Assembly: GCA_964584265.1 (NCBI GenBank)
Contig: CAZOZI010000005.1
Coordinates: forward strand, 1 to 62,533
Source: an uncultured Candidatus Saccharibacteria bacterium
Lineage (GTDB): Bacteria > Patescibacteriota > Saccharimonadia > Saccharimonadales > CAYVSP01
Reading direction: 5' to 3'
Length of the DNA stretch: 62,533 nucleotides
Shown here piece by piece: positions 1 to 8,510 of this stretch (the first letter of the stretch is position 1; every line of letters starts with the position of its first letter). The notes below the pieces were generated by a model. That model saw only the letters and a program-made list of their open reading frames with translations. It was not told where the DNA came from and searched no databases. The position numbers and the translations under genes were made by a program.

Positions 1-23
1 CTGAAATAACTTCTTTCCAAGAA

Positions 24-175
24 GCATTTTTTGTTCCATTTTTGGGTCGCCAAAAACGGAACCAAAAAAGCGACCGGCGACTTCCGGTTCTTGATAAGCT
101 CATTGTCTAGAAGTACAACGCTACGGAGATTGCGCTTCGCTACAGCTCTCCTTCGCTATTGTTGTACTCTAGACA
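24..175. repeat. Three consecutive imperfect hairpins (REP/MITE-like palindromic element)
   Basis: 24-71 gcattttttgttccatttttgg-gtcg-ccaaaaacggaaccaaaaaagc; accgg/ccggt hairpin at ~73-88; 104-119 tgtctagaagtacaac pairs with 161-175 gttgtactctagaca (1-nt bulge), with inner ggaga/tctcc. Confidence 0.6.
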
Positions 176-227
176 TTCACTCAATCAGGAACCTACAGAG
201 CCGGATAAAACTAGTTTTGAGCCTGGT

Positions 228-758
228 TTAGTCTTTTGTTAAGCGCATGATTTTGGTGTTTGGGAGGGAAGCGAATAAGCTGCCCGGTACAAGCAGTTTG
301 GATTTGCGTATACCACTGCCAATTACGGCATATTCCAGTTTTGCGGCGTATTCATCCACTAGTATTGTCCAATCTTTAGGCAGCCCAATCGGCGATATTG
401 CTCCATACACCATATTTGAGAGCGATGTGGCTTTTTCCATTGGTGCAAAGGAGATTTTACGTGCGTCTAATTCGCGACGCACAACGCCATTTATATCAGC
501 TCTAATTGTAGCGGGTACTAAACATGCAGCGTACCATGTTCGTTCAGCGCGCCGAGCTTCTACAATCACGCAGTTTACCGATACATCCAATCCTATGTTG
601 TATTTCTCACAAAAAGCTGCTGTATCAGATAGTTCAGGGTCAATTTCGACCACTAAAATATCCTGTAAATCCTCGTTTTTTATGGTTTCTTTGGTTGGTT
701 CGCCGATGAGATCCAAATGTTCTTCAACTGGCTCAAAATTTAAGTTACCAAGTTTCAT
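228..758 (-). CDS. YbaK/EbsC-family aminoacyl-tRNA deacylase-like protein
   Basis: 176 aa; NCVIV, RADING, RKISFA and YGAISPIGLP segments typical of YbaK/ProX domains. Confidence 0.85.
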   Translation of the reverse strand: MKLGNLNFEPVEEHLDLIGEPTKETIKNEDLQDILVVEIDPELSDTAAFCEKYNIGLDVSVNCVIVEARRAERTWYAACLVPATIRADINGVVRRELDARKISFAPMEKATSLSNMVYGAISPIGLPKDWTILVDEYAAKLEYAVIGSGIRKSKLLVPGSLFASLPNTKIMRLTKD

Positions 759-932
759 TTCTACTCCTTCAAATTAAGTTAAGCTGACTAGAGTCAGCAG
801 TTGTCTTAACAGATAGAGTAGGCTAGAAACCTTTAAAAGTCTTCATTGTTTATATGATACCAGATCCGTATTTTCTGATACCACCTGTAGTATAAAGTTT
901 TGCTATGATGAAGTAATGATAGAAAGACCATC

Positions 933-1703
933 TTGATAAAAAACTCACGGTGTTATGCACAAAAACTTGGAGACTGCTCTAAAGCTCCCTCGAAAGAACA
1001 TATTCTTTCAAAAGACTTCTTGAAGGGAAATGCAAACTCAGGCAAAGATGAACTTATTAGAATTTCTGGATTTACGTGGCTTTCAGAGGGGGAATATCAA
1101 GATTTGCCAATTGCTACTATGTACTCAAGGGTTTTATGTGAGACACATAATAGTAAATTATCACCATTTGATAAAGAGGCTGGGCGCTTTCGAAGAACTC
1201 TACAAGAGTTTGATCAATATCTACTTGAAAACTGGACTGTCCTTAATAAAAGTTCACCTCCACGACCATTTAATGGCAGCCTACTGGAGCGGTGGATGTT
1301 AAAGGTTCTTTGCGGGCTTGCATATTCGGGGGCAGCAGAAACTAAGGGAATTGCTAAGAAGAAATGGCTGCCTCCTAACAAATGGTTACAAATATTATGG
1401 GGCAAAGAAGCTTTTCCTATTGGTTGTGGCCTTTATTGTCTGCCAGAATTTGTGAGTATAAAAGGCTGGTCCTTTGTGATATTTTCCAACTCTTTACAAG
1501 GTCCTTATGCCCTTAAGATGTCTATTGATGAAAAGACTTTTATTCTTGCTATGGATGATAAGTTAATAAAAACACATTTTAGTTCAGCAATATTTCATCC
1601 AGCAGTTATAACCACCAGCAAAGGTGCAAACGAATATAGCCTCCTAATAAATTGGGGTACTTCTGGCCCTGCTCAAAGCGTTACCTTCGTAAAACCTATA
1701 TAA
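933..1703 (+). CDS. HNH-endonuclease-like protein
   Basis: C-x6-C...SKEHILS...VLCETHNSKLSPFD matches the EH/LC-x2-(C/H)N pattern of HNH nucleases; TTG start uncertain. Confidence 0.6.
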   Translation: MIKNSRCYAQKLGDCSKAPSKEHILSKDFLKGNANSGKDELIRISGFTWLSEGEYQDLPIATMYSRVLCETHNSKLSPFDKEAGRFRRTLQEFDQYLLENWTVLNKSSPPRPFNGSLLERWMLKVLCGLAYSGAAETKGIAKKKWLPPNKWLQILWGKEAFPIGCGLYCLPEFVSIKGWSFVIFSNSLQGPYALKMSIDEKTFILAMDDKLIKTHFSSAIFHPAVITTSKGANEYSLLINWGTSGPAQSVTFVKPI

Positions 1704-1739
1704 AAAGCCTAAGTGCAAAACACAAATAAGACTAGCATG

Positions 1740-1759
1740 AAAATAAATTGCTAGCGATT
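1740..1759 (+). repeat. Intergenic 20-bp motif copy 1 (AAAATAAATTGCTAGCGATT, 16/20)
   Basis: Match to consensus AAAAGATATTGCTTGYGGTT; between convergent genes, contains the SWIM gene stop. Confidence 0.7.
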
Positions 1760-2062
1760 GCTAATTATGTAAAGCGTAAAAGCGATGCAGTGTTTGCAGA
1801 AAATCTGGTGATTTTTTGGGTTGCCGGCACAGTGCCACTCTAACCCTTTGGATGTAGCCGTCAGATTAACTCGGCGTCGTTGGCCGCCGCCTTCGGCGGA
1901 TGAGCCATCTAGGCCACCGACCCATGCTTCGACCTGCGATGGGGTTTGATTAATAATTTCCACGCCTCCACGTCTATAAATGGCCTGTCCGTACCGCCTA
2001 TTAGAGGGCAGGGTCAATTCTTCCATGGGGAGCTGGTGTAAAAGTTTAAGGAGGTGTTGCAC
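1751..2062 (-). CDS. SWIM zinc-finger-like protein
   Basis: C-terminal WHCAGNPKNHQIFCKHCIA resembles SWIM CxC...CKH; GTG start. Confidence 0.65.
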   Translation of the reverse strand: MQHLLKLLHQLPMEELTLPSNRRYGQAIYRRGGVEIINQTPSQVEAWVGGLDGSSAEGGGQRRRVNLTATSKGLEWHCAGNPKNHQIFCKHCIAFTLYIISNR

Positions 2063-2087
2063 TCTTACATTTTACGCTTCTGAGGGG

Positions 2088-2107
2088 AAAAGATATTGCT
2101 TGTGGTT
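2088..2107 (+). repeat. Motif copy 2 (AAAAGATATTGCTTGTGGTT, 20/20)
   Basis: Between tandem minus-strand genes; final TT belongs to the reverse-strand TAA stop at 2106-2108. Confidence 0.85.
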
Positions 2108-2642
2108 AGGTTTGGTTGCGGAGGTGGGTGGCTATAAGTTCAAGGTCAACAATGTCCTGTGGACGACCCAGAGCTTTTTTAGCAGCATCAATGTGTGGCA
2201 GCCCAAGGCAAAGGATACCATCGACCAGATTCGTTTCATCTCGATGAGTTTCGTAAGCAAGAGGGTAATATCCATCACCTAACTCATCAGTAGCACTAAG
2301 GGGCATAGCTAGACCTTCATGATTTATCCATACACTTGTATTTGTGGCACCATGCGATTTAGCACTTTCAGGTGGCTCATGCACCTCAGCCCCATCTTTT
2401 AAGCTAAGTGTCCTTAGTAAGCTCGCGCTCGCAAGAATATCAATATCGCGTGTTGTTTCACGTATGCCACGGAGCACTAAGTTCGCACCGCCAATGACAA
2501 AATAATGAAACCTTGCAATGCCAAGACTATTCCTGCCAAGTCCCAAGCGGCCAAGCGTTTGATGTATTGAGTTTCTGTCTCGAAGAGGAAGTGCCTCTGT
2601 TTGTCTAGGATAGTAGGTTTTCACACTGTCAGGCGAAGTCAT
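2106..2642 (-). CDS. Nucleotidyltransferase-fold (Pol beta superfamily) protein
   Basis: VIGGANLVLRGIRETTRDIDIL = GG...DxD signature; start moved to ATG 2642 (TATAAT 7 nt upstream). Confidence 0.7.
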   Translation of the reverse strand: MTSPDSVKTYYPRQTEALPLRDRNSIHQTLGRLGLGRNSLGIARFHYFVIGGANLVLRGIRETTRDIDILASASLLRTLSLKDGAEVHEPPESAKSHGATNTSVWINHEGLAMPLSATDELGDGYYPLAYETHRDETNLVDGILCLGLPHIDAAKKALGRPQDIVDLELIATHLRNQT

Positions 2643-2670
2643 GAACAGAATTATACAACTGAGGGATATG

Positions 2671-2690
2671 AAAAGATATTGCTTGTGCTT
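2671..2690 (+). repeat. Motif copy 3 (AAAAGATATTGCTTGTGCTT, 19/20)
   Basis: Between divergent genes. Confidence 0.85.
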
Positions 2691-2723
2691 GTGTGGCAAG
2701 AAGAAGTGAATATACTTTAGTTC

Positions 2724-3302
2724 ATGAGCGAGACAACTGAAGCAATTGTGACAGGGGATTTGAATGCTCACTCTGTGGATTTCAAAGATGCTGTAACAGC
2801 AGCGCTTGAGACTGATCCTGCTTTAGCTACAAACAGTGAGGGAAATCTTGAGCGCCGTTTGCAAATAAATAACCGCTACCTTACGTATACTGCTTTTGGT
2901 CCTGAGCCTCAAGGTCCCGGCAAGTCCATTTTATGGATTAAATACAGCCCTACCCATGCACTTGAACTCGAATTTGACCCAGCAAGTGACTTTTTATTTG
3001 GCGTCTCAGAAGATTTATCCCAACCGATCCGGCGTAGATACAGATATGGAGGCATGATTGGGGCGAGCGGGGGCTTACCAGATTTATTCACGGCAGAACA
3101 TGCACTAACTGGTGAAGAAGCCCAAGCTCTTCTGGATTTCATGAGCACCCCGCACCTTAAGCTTGGCAATATGGCCTTGTTTGCAACGCTTACCGAAGAA
3201 GAAAAAGAAGCAAAAACGGCAGATGCTCAAAAGGTTGCAAAGCAAAGGAGGAACCTACAAAGAGACTTGGACGCACTTGCGCGAACCCACTACCGCTTAT
3301 AA
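2724..3302 (+). CDS. Hypothetical protein (ORFan-like)
   Basis: 192-aa ORF; TATACT 7 nt before ATG; no recognised motif. Confidence 0.75.
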   Translation: MSETTEAIVTGDLNAHSVDFKDAVTAALETDPALATNSEGNLERRLQINNRYLTYTAFGPEPQGPGKSILWIKYSPTHALELEFDPASDFLFGVSEDLSQPIRRRYRYGGMIGASGGLPDLFTAEHALTGEEAQALLDFMSTPHLKLGNMALFATLTEEEKEAKTADAQKVAKQRRNLQRDLDALARTHYRL

Positions 3303-3305
3303 ATG

Positions 3306-3325
3306 AAAAGATATTGATAATTTTT
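3306..3325 (+). repeat. Motif copy 4, degenerate or split (AAAAGATATTGATAATTTTT, 15/20)
   Basis: First 11 nt perfect; a CTTGTACGTT half follows ~11 nt later; between tandem plus-strand genes. Confidence 0.6.
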
Positions 3326-3348
3326 GACTTGTACGTTGTAATACAGCT

Positions 3349-3726
3349 ATGAAAAGGCGAAATGACCGAGGCCAGCGACGACAAGAAGCACTGGACACAG
3401 CCGCGGCTATATCAGGGCATTACTATGGTGAGGCAGTATTTCCACCTCCACTCACAGAAGTGGTGGATCAATTAGGCGAGAGCTTTTCTAAGGTGCAATA
3501 TGCGGTTGGATCTTACCCACTTGCGCTAGAAGAAGCAACAGGCTTAGTAGTTATTCATGAAGGAATTGTGCTGGGAGATCCTAGTAAATTCGTTGGTTCA
3601 GCCGAGAAATCCACAGACTCTGTTGTAGAAAGCTTTGTCAATCAACTCAATGGGCTACCTCAAGATCTTAGGCTACAAGTGCTGAGTCGCCTAGCCGTGA
3701 GCGAAGCAAGCGTACAACCACAATAA
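3349..3726 (+). CDS. Hypothetical protein
   Basis: 125-aa ORF filling the interval between motif copies 4 and 5. Confidence 0.65.
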   Translation: MKRRNDRGQRRQEALDTAAAISGHYYGEAVFPPPLTEVVDQLGESFSKVQYAVGSYPLALEEATGLVVIHEGIVLGDPSKFVGSAEKSTDSVVESFVNQLNGLPQDLRLQVLSRLAVSEASVQPQ

Positions 3727-3749
3727 GGACTAAGTTAAATTGTTGATCT

Positions 3750-3769
3750 GAATGGTATAGCCTGTGGTT
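3750..3769 (+). repeat. Motif copy 5 (GAATGGTATAGCCTGTGGTT, 15/20)
   Basis: Between tandem plus-strand genes. Confidence 0.65.
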
Positions 3770-3840
3770 GCCTAACCTTTCACACACCCTGGAAATGTTG
3801 TAAAATATGAATAATCTAGAGGCAAAGAAGATACAGTGTA

Positions 3841-4878
3841 ATGATTGAAATCGAAGGTGAGGCTACATTAACACCGGTTTGCTACTCAGGCACTGAGTTT
3901 GGTGCTCTCTTAGAAGCTGCCCAGAAAACTGGCTTGCCGGCCACATTGAGTTGGAGCGCGCAGTTAGCCGAAAGCACGTACGGCTACGTTGTTGGGGCAG
4001 GAGGTACTAGGCGCACGGTTGCGGTCGTTGAAGAACATAGCGCAAAAACGGTTAACTGGTATGCACAGACCTTTCGAGCAAGAAGAGAGTTAAGCGAACC
4101 GGAAATTTTTGATACCGTTTGCCATCAAATGGTAGAAGAGGCTAAAGAGACCCCTCTTAGTAGAGAAGAAGTGTTTGCTACACTGGATGAGCTCTTTTTG
4201 GGCAACAGACTAGCTCTGCAGTATCCAAGTGTGATTTTAGAATGTAACGATCCCGGTCGCGCTGAAGGATCTTATGTTGATATGAGCAGAGGTGATTCCC
4301 GTAGTATCCAGGCCCATTATGACAAAAAAATTGACGATTACGGACCTAAAATTGATATTGCCGATGTGGTGAGAGAATCGTTCAAAGATGATGATAGCGA
4401 TGTGGCTACGCTCGCACATGATGTTGGTGTTCATATGGGTGATTTACCGGAAACGTTTGTTGTAGGCGAGGGGCAGGCATTCGTTGTCTATCGGACGCGC
4501 TTTGGCCGTTATAATTGGACATTCGCGCCTGATGGCCCTCTGGTAGACGATATGATTCTTATAAATCCGGAGGGCAGCAGTAAGTGGTATGTAGGACAGG
4601 TTGAGGTTGGCGAAGAGCTGACTCCAGAAGTCATAGAACGATTCGCGTCATACGGCTTTGAACACCGTAACTCAGACATTCCGGGTGTGCTTATTGGGGG
4701 AATTATCAGGCGAATAGATCGGTCATTTGTGAACCCACCGAAATCTTATCTACTAACTAATCGTCTAAAAGCTCAGATGGCAGAAATACGAGCAATGGAA
4801 GGCGCCAAAGAGGAGAGAGATAGAAGAGAAGAAGATGTCATAGAACCTTACGAGTTTCTGGATGAGCCAACAATCTAG
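3841..4878 (+). CDS. Hypothetical acidic protein
   Basis: 345-aa ORF, no recognised motif. Confidence 0.75.
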   Translation: MIEIEGEATLTPVCYSGTEFGALLEAAQKTGLPATLSWSAQLAESTYGYVVGAGGTRRTVAVVEEHSAKTVNWYAQTFRARRELSEPEIFDTVCHQMVEEAKETPLSREEVFATLDELFLGNRLALQYPSVILECNDPGRAEGSYVDMSRGDSRSIQAHYDKKIDDYGPKIDIADVVRESFKDDDSDVATLAHDVGVHMGDLPETFVVGEGQAFVVYRTRFGRYNWTFAPDGPLVDDMILINPEGSSKWYVGQVEVGEELTPEVIERFASYGFEHRNSDIPGVLIGGIIRRIDRSFVNPPKSYLLTNRLKAQMAEIRAMEGAKEERDRREEDVIEPYEFLDEPTI

Positions 4879-4884
4879 GCTAGG

Positions 4885-4904
4885 CAAAGGTATTGCTTGC
4901 GGTT
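4885..4904 (+). repeat. Motif copy 6 (CAAAGGTATTGCTTGCGGTT, 18/20)
   Basis: Fills most of a 24-bp gap between convergent genes; final TT is part of the reverse TAA at 4903-4905. Confidence 0.85.
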
Positions 4905-5514
4905 AGGGTTTGATAGCGAATGACGCGTTCAAAATCATATAGAAAAGGATACCTAGCCCGATTATGAAGATGGGACCCACAATTCTCATGAATTTTGACT
5001 TAATCATACCAATAATCAATCCACTGATGCCCGCTGTCAACATAAAACTAAGGGTTCTTTTGTCATCGCCAGCCATGCCACCCTTAACAAGCCCACCGAC
5101 AACGCCGGATGTCAGTGGAACATCGGGATTTGGATTTTCGATTTGATCGTTACTAACTGACTTTAATTTATCATCGAAGTCCAGTAGAAAAAGCAAGTTT
5201 TCAGCGTTTGGGTTTGGCTTGTAGTTTCTAATTTTGGCTAACTCTCCAGTATCGAGCCATCTATACATACAATTGGGGCAGGAGTCTATGATGATTTCAG
5301 TGTCATTATAATTAACCTTCTGCATTGCCGCCGAACAGTTAGGACAGGTAAGTTGCTGTTTGGTGTTAACAGCCTGAGAGTCTCCTTTATCGTCTACCGA
5401 TATCGTTTCTCGTTCTTGCAATACCTTTCCGGTTACAAGAATACCGTGTCGGGATGGGCAAGCTAAAACAGTACCTTCATGGACGAGTTCAATCTGACAA
5501 ACAGGACACAACAT
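4903..5514 (-). CDS. zf-TFIIB-type double zinc-ribbon protein with C-terminal membrane helices
   Basis: CPVC...CPSRHG and CPNC...DSCPNCMYRWLDTGEL; two hydrophobic C-terminal segments; ATG 5514 has TATAAT 7 nt upstream. Confidence 0.75.
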   Translation of the reverse strand: MLCPVCQIELVHEGTVLACPSRHGILVTGKVLQERETISVDDKGDSQAVNTKQQLTCPNCSAAMQKVNYNDTEIIIDSCPNCMYRWLDTGELAKIRNYKPNPNAENLLFLLDFDDKLKSVSNDQIENPNPDVPLTSGVVGGLVKGGMAGDDKRTLSFMLTAGISGLIIGMIKSKFMRIVGPIFIIGLGILFYMILNASFAIKP

Positions 5515-5546
5515 GATTCGAATTATACACACTCAAGCTTAAGGGA

Positions 5547-5566
5547 GACAGATATTACTTGTGGTT
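5547..5566 (+). repeat. Motif copy 7 (GACAGATATTACTTGTGGTT, 17/20)
   Basis: Directly abuts the reverse TAA of the PhzF-like gene. Confidence 0.8.
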
Positions 5567-6424
5567 TTAGACTTCCAGCTCTCGAGTACCGAAACTCACG
5601 GCATAACCGCCAACCTTAACACCTTTGCTTAAGTCTACGGATATAGTGCTGTCACACCCCATATCGAAGCCTTGCTCAATTGACATGGTATTCTTGTTGC
5701 CACCAAATATATATCTGTCGGCGTAACAAGCCAGTGGGCCGCCAGCACTCCCTGTTGCCGGGTCTTCATCAATACCTACTTGTGGATTGAAATAGCGGGT
5801 AGCCAAATCTGCATTACCACTAAATGATTCCTGTGCAAAAACTGAGAAACCAATGTCGTTGCCTTCTGTAAACTCCGTAATAGCATTAAAATCCGGGCGT
5901 ATCTCCTTTAAAGCTTCTAATGATTGAACTGGCACGATAAGTTTCTTAGAGCCAGTTGAAACTAATTCTATGGGAAGATCCGCAATTTGGGTGGCTTTTA
6001 TGCCAAGTATGCGAGCTATATCCTGACGTGATGCATTAGCCTTCTCGAAGGTGGGGTCGAACTGTGTCATCATTACCTTGCCATCTTCGTGAATAGTAAT
6101 TGGAATTGTACCTATCATTGTCTCTTCAAACGCACTTGCCAGGAAACCCTTAAAACTAAGCAGATCTTTGCTGAATAAAGAGAAGAAAGTTGCTACTGTG
6201 GCATGACCGCAGAAATCGACTTCTTGTTGAGCAGAAAAGAAACGAACCCTGTAGGCATCAATATCAGAAGCACTAACAAAAGCAGTTTCAGGATAATTAA
6301 GAGTGTGAGCAATATTAAGCATCTGCTCATCTGTTAACCCTCTTGAATCATGTACTATGCCGGCTGGATTACCTTTGTCTGGATCCGTCGTAAATGCTTT
6401 AACTAATTCCGCCGTGACATTCAT
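5567..6424 (-). CDS. PhzF-family isomerase/epimerase
   Basis: AFT...GNPAG, YPETAFV, EVDFCGHATVA, EDPATGSA motifs. Confidence 0.9.
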   Translation of the reverse strand: MNVTAELVKAFTTDPDKGNPAGIVHDSRGLTDEQMLNIAHTLNYPETAFVSASDIDAYRVRFFSAQQEVDFCGHATVATFFSLFSKDLLSFKGFLASAFEETMIGTIPITIHEDGKVMMTQFDPTFEKANASRQDIARILGIKATQIADLPIELVSTGSKKLIVPVQSLEALKEIRPDFNAITEFTEGNDIGFSVFAQESFSGNADLATRYFNPQVGIDEDPATGSAGGPLACYADRYIFGGNKNTMSIEQGFDMGCDSTISVDLSKGVKVGGYAVSFGTRELEV

Positions 6425-6453
6425 TAGCTAAATTATACCTTCACATGTGATGT

Positions 6454-6473
6454 GAATGATATTGCTTGTGGTT
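6454..6473 (+). repeat. Motif copy 8 (GAATGATATTGCTTGTGGTT, 18/20)
   Basis: Between divergent genes. Confidence 0.85.
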
Positions 6474-6498
6474 GCAAAATGCCTTGAGTAAGACATAA

Positions 6499-7185
6499 TT
6501 GGAGGAAATGACAGGCATTGACCAAGGTAGTACTGAACAAGAAGCTCAAGAATTTCCCGGCGGCATCCCTGTTGAAGTACCTATGAGCGATCACCTGCGC
6601 AAACAAATGCTTAGACTTTGTTTAAAACGTGCTAGCTCTTTGACTGGTATTGATGGCAGCGAACGAAGCTTTTATTTTGATATCGATTATTTATTGGGTC
6701 ATAACGCGAGAGCAGATACACCGGATCAATTTCAAACAACTGCTGCATTTTTAGGCGCAGTAGAGCACGCCATAAGAGAAGTATCAGCGGCTCAACCGAT
6801 TGATGCACTAGCATTCCCCTTAAGACGTAAACAACCGGGACCAACCGGTCTGATAAGTTCGGCTGTGCTTTTAGGGCGCAGAACGGGGCTACCCACTTAT
6901 TATATTGATCCTACTATGAGATTAAGGGCACAGCAAGTAAGGCCAATCGGTCCAACTCCACCTAATACACGATTTACTATTGTCACAGACATGACAGCAA
7001 GTGGCAGAGAAGTGATGGAAAGCGCTCAAGCTTTGTTTCAACATCGTTGCCGCTACATAGGTGCTATCAGTATATTTGATACAGGTGAAGGTGCTAGAGA
7101 ATACTTAGATCAAGCTGCTGGCATACCGCTGACAACAATAATGTCTGGTGGAGGGGTGTACGATATGAATGCTCCAGAATCTTGA
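6499..7185 (+). CDS. Divergent type I phosphoribosyltransferase-fold (PyrE-like) protein
   Basis: FTIVTDMTASGREVMESAQAL resembles the PRPP loop (xxDDxxTTG), followed by GAISIFD...GARE; start may be ATG 6508. Confidence 0.55.
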   Translation: MEEMTGIDQGSTEQEAQEFPGGIPVEVPMSDHLRKQMLRLCLKRASSLTGIDGSERSFYFDIDYLLGHNARADTPDQFQTTAAFLGAVEHAIREVSAAQPIDALAFPLRRKQPGPTGLISSAVLLGRRTGLPTYYIDPTMRLRAQQVRPIGPTPPNTRFTIVTDMTASGREVMESAQALFQHRCRYIGAISIFDTGEGAREYLDQAAGIPLTTIMSGGGVYDMNAPES

Positions 7186-7204
7186 TCAACGCAATTTTTA
7201 ATAA

Positions 7205-7224
7205 TAAAAATTTTGCTTGCTAAC
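7205..7224 (+). repeat. Motif copy 9, degenerate (TAAAAATTTTGCTTGCTAAC, 13/20)
   Basis: Core TTGCTTGC intact; between convergent genes, overlaps the reverse TAG at 7220-7222. Confidence 0.5.
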
Positions 7225-8488
7225 GAGTGTAGGTTTTGGCGGCGGAAGTGAAGCCGCTGACCTGAGCGGCAGTTTTACCGGGGAATACCTCAAACTTTAA
7301 TTTGCCACCGTCAAGAATCTGCGCCAAAACTGTGCCAAAGACAGGTCCGGAAGTCTTGGCTTTAGGTCCTTTTACATAGCTCATGCTATCCCATAGATTA
7401 CCGGAGGGTGTTAGCCATTGGCGTTGAACAAGCTCAAACTTAATGGCACCACTGCTTTTATCAATTTTAGCCGGATCCTGGCTGCCGCCTTCCGCAAAAT
7501 ACTGCCGGGAGTTACTGCCGTCACCGTTTGAAGTATCTCTGTTAGGCCCATATTGCGGATATGTTCCATAATTGCCAACTGAAACCACAGTGGCTGAAGG
7601 GTCATACAAATCTGGTGCGATCGAAAGGTGACCCTCCCAATAGTTTGGGCCTTTACCTTGGCTTGTACCGCTGTAGCCACCGGAGCCTTCCAAAAACCAG
7701 TTGCCAATCAGTTTGCCGTCAATATCATAGTCTATTTTGCCGGCAATTGGCTCGGCAACACGCGGATCTTTACCTTCGACTATAGTGCGTAGCTCAGAGG
7801 TGTAATACGGGAAGGGGTCGGCGGTATAAATCTTCCAAGCTTCACCGTCGTAGCTTGACGGATTTACAAAACCTTTCAATGGCTTCTTAGTGTTCCAAAC
7901 GGCAAAATCAAGTGTCTGGCCACCAATATGGCCAATCAGCTGGCCGGCTTTGACGCTAATGGGCAGATGTGCCTTATCTATGCCTGGTTCCACACTAGTA
8001 ACAAGGTCATAGTAGTACAGGAAGGTACAGGAAACTGTAAATACCATTCTAATACGTCCATTGCTGCCATTTTCGGGCGGGTGGACCTCTATATCTGTTA
8101 TCAACGCGTCGGCCATGGCATAGACCGGGTACGTATCTTTAGCTGATTGGAAATTTGTTGGTGAAAAATACTGGTGATCAACTGGCGTAACATGACCGCC
8201 AACCGTTACTCCATAAGGGATAAGTATCGAGAAGTCAGCTGCATTCATTGGAAGATGGGTGAATGTGCCATCACCAGAGCCTTTACACTGGTTATTACTT
8301 AAACTTTTACCAGCCGCAATGGCTTTTTCGTCATCTGATTTGTTGCTGCTGAGTATGCTTGATGAGCTACCGCTGGACTTATGCTTTGAAACAACCCGCC
8401 AACCGACGAAACCAACGGCCAAAACTACGATTAAACCAAACAATAAGAGTATATGGTGGAATCCCTGCTGATTCCGCTTAAGCTTCAT
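7220..8488 (-). CDS. Exported protein with prepilin-like N-terminus and possible M23-like fold
   Basis: MKLKRNQQGF followed by a hydrophobic helix; VKAGQLIGHIG segment; ATG 8488 has TATAAT 7 nt upstream. Confidence 0.6.
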   Translation of the reverse strand: MKLKRNQQGFHHILLLFGLIVVLAVGFVGWRVVSKHKSSGSSSSILSSNKSDDEKAIAAGKSLSNNQCKGSGDGTFTHLPMNAADFSILIPYGVTVGGHVTPVDHQYFSPTNFQSAKDTYPVYAMADALITDIEVHPPENGSNGRIRMVFTVSCTFLYYYDLVTSVEPGIDKAHLPISVKAGQLIGHIGGQTLDFAVWNTKKPLKGFVNPSSYDGEAWKIYTADPFPYYTSELRTIVEGKDPRVAEPIAGKIDYDIDGKLIGNWFLEGSGGYSGTSQGKGPNYWEGHLSIAPDLYDPSATVVSVGNYGTYPQYGPNRDTSNGDGSNSRQYFAEGGSQDPAKIDKSSGAIKFELVQRQWLTPSGNLWDSMSYVKGPKAKTSGPVFGTVLAQILDGGKLKFEVFPGKTAAQVSGFTSAAKTYTR

Positions 8489-8510
8489 GAACCAAATTAT
8501 ACACACAAGG

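Noticed and set aside
113-167. Hairpin as a canonical attC (gtacaac ... gttgtac)
   Set aside because: Both core sites deviate from RYYYAAC/GTTRRRY, the length is 55 nt, the spacers are non-canonical and pairing continues outside the R boxes.
209-228. Further motif copies at 209-228 (11/20) and 11185-11204 (12/20)
   Set aside because: Scores are too low to separate from AT-rich background by eye.
806-818. 13-bp ttaacagatagag shared with 34958-34970
   Set aside because: Two AT-rich copies with no shared context; plausibly chance.
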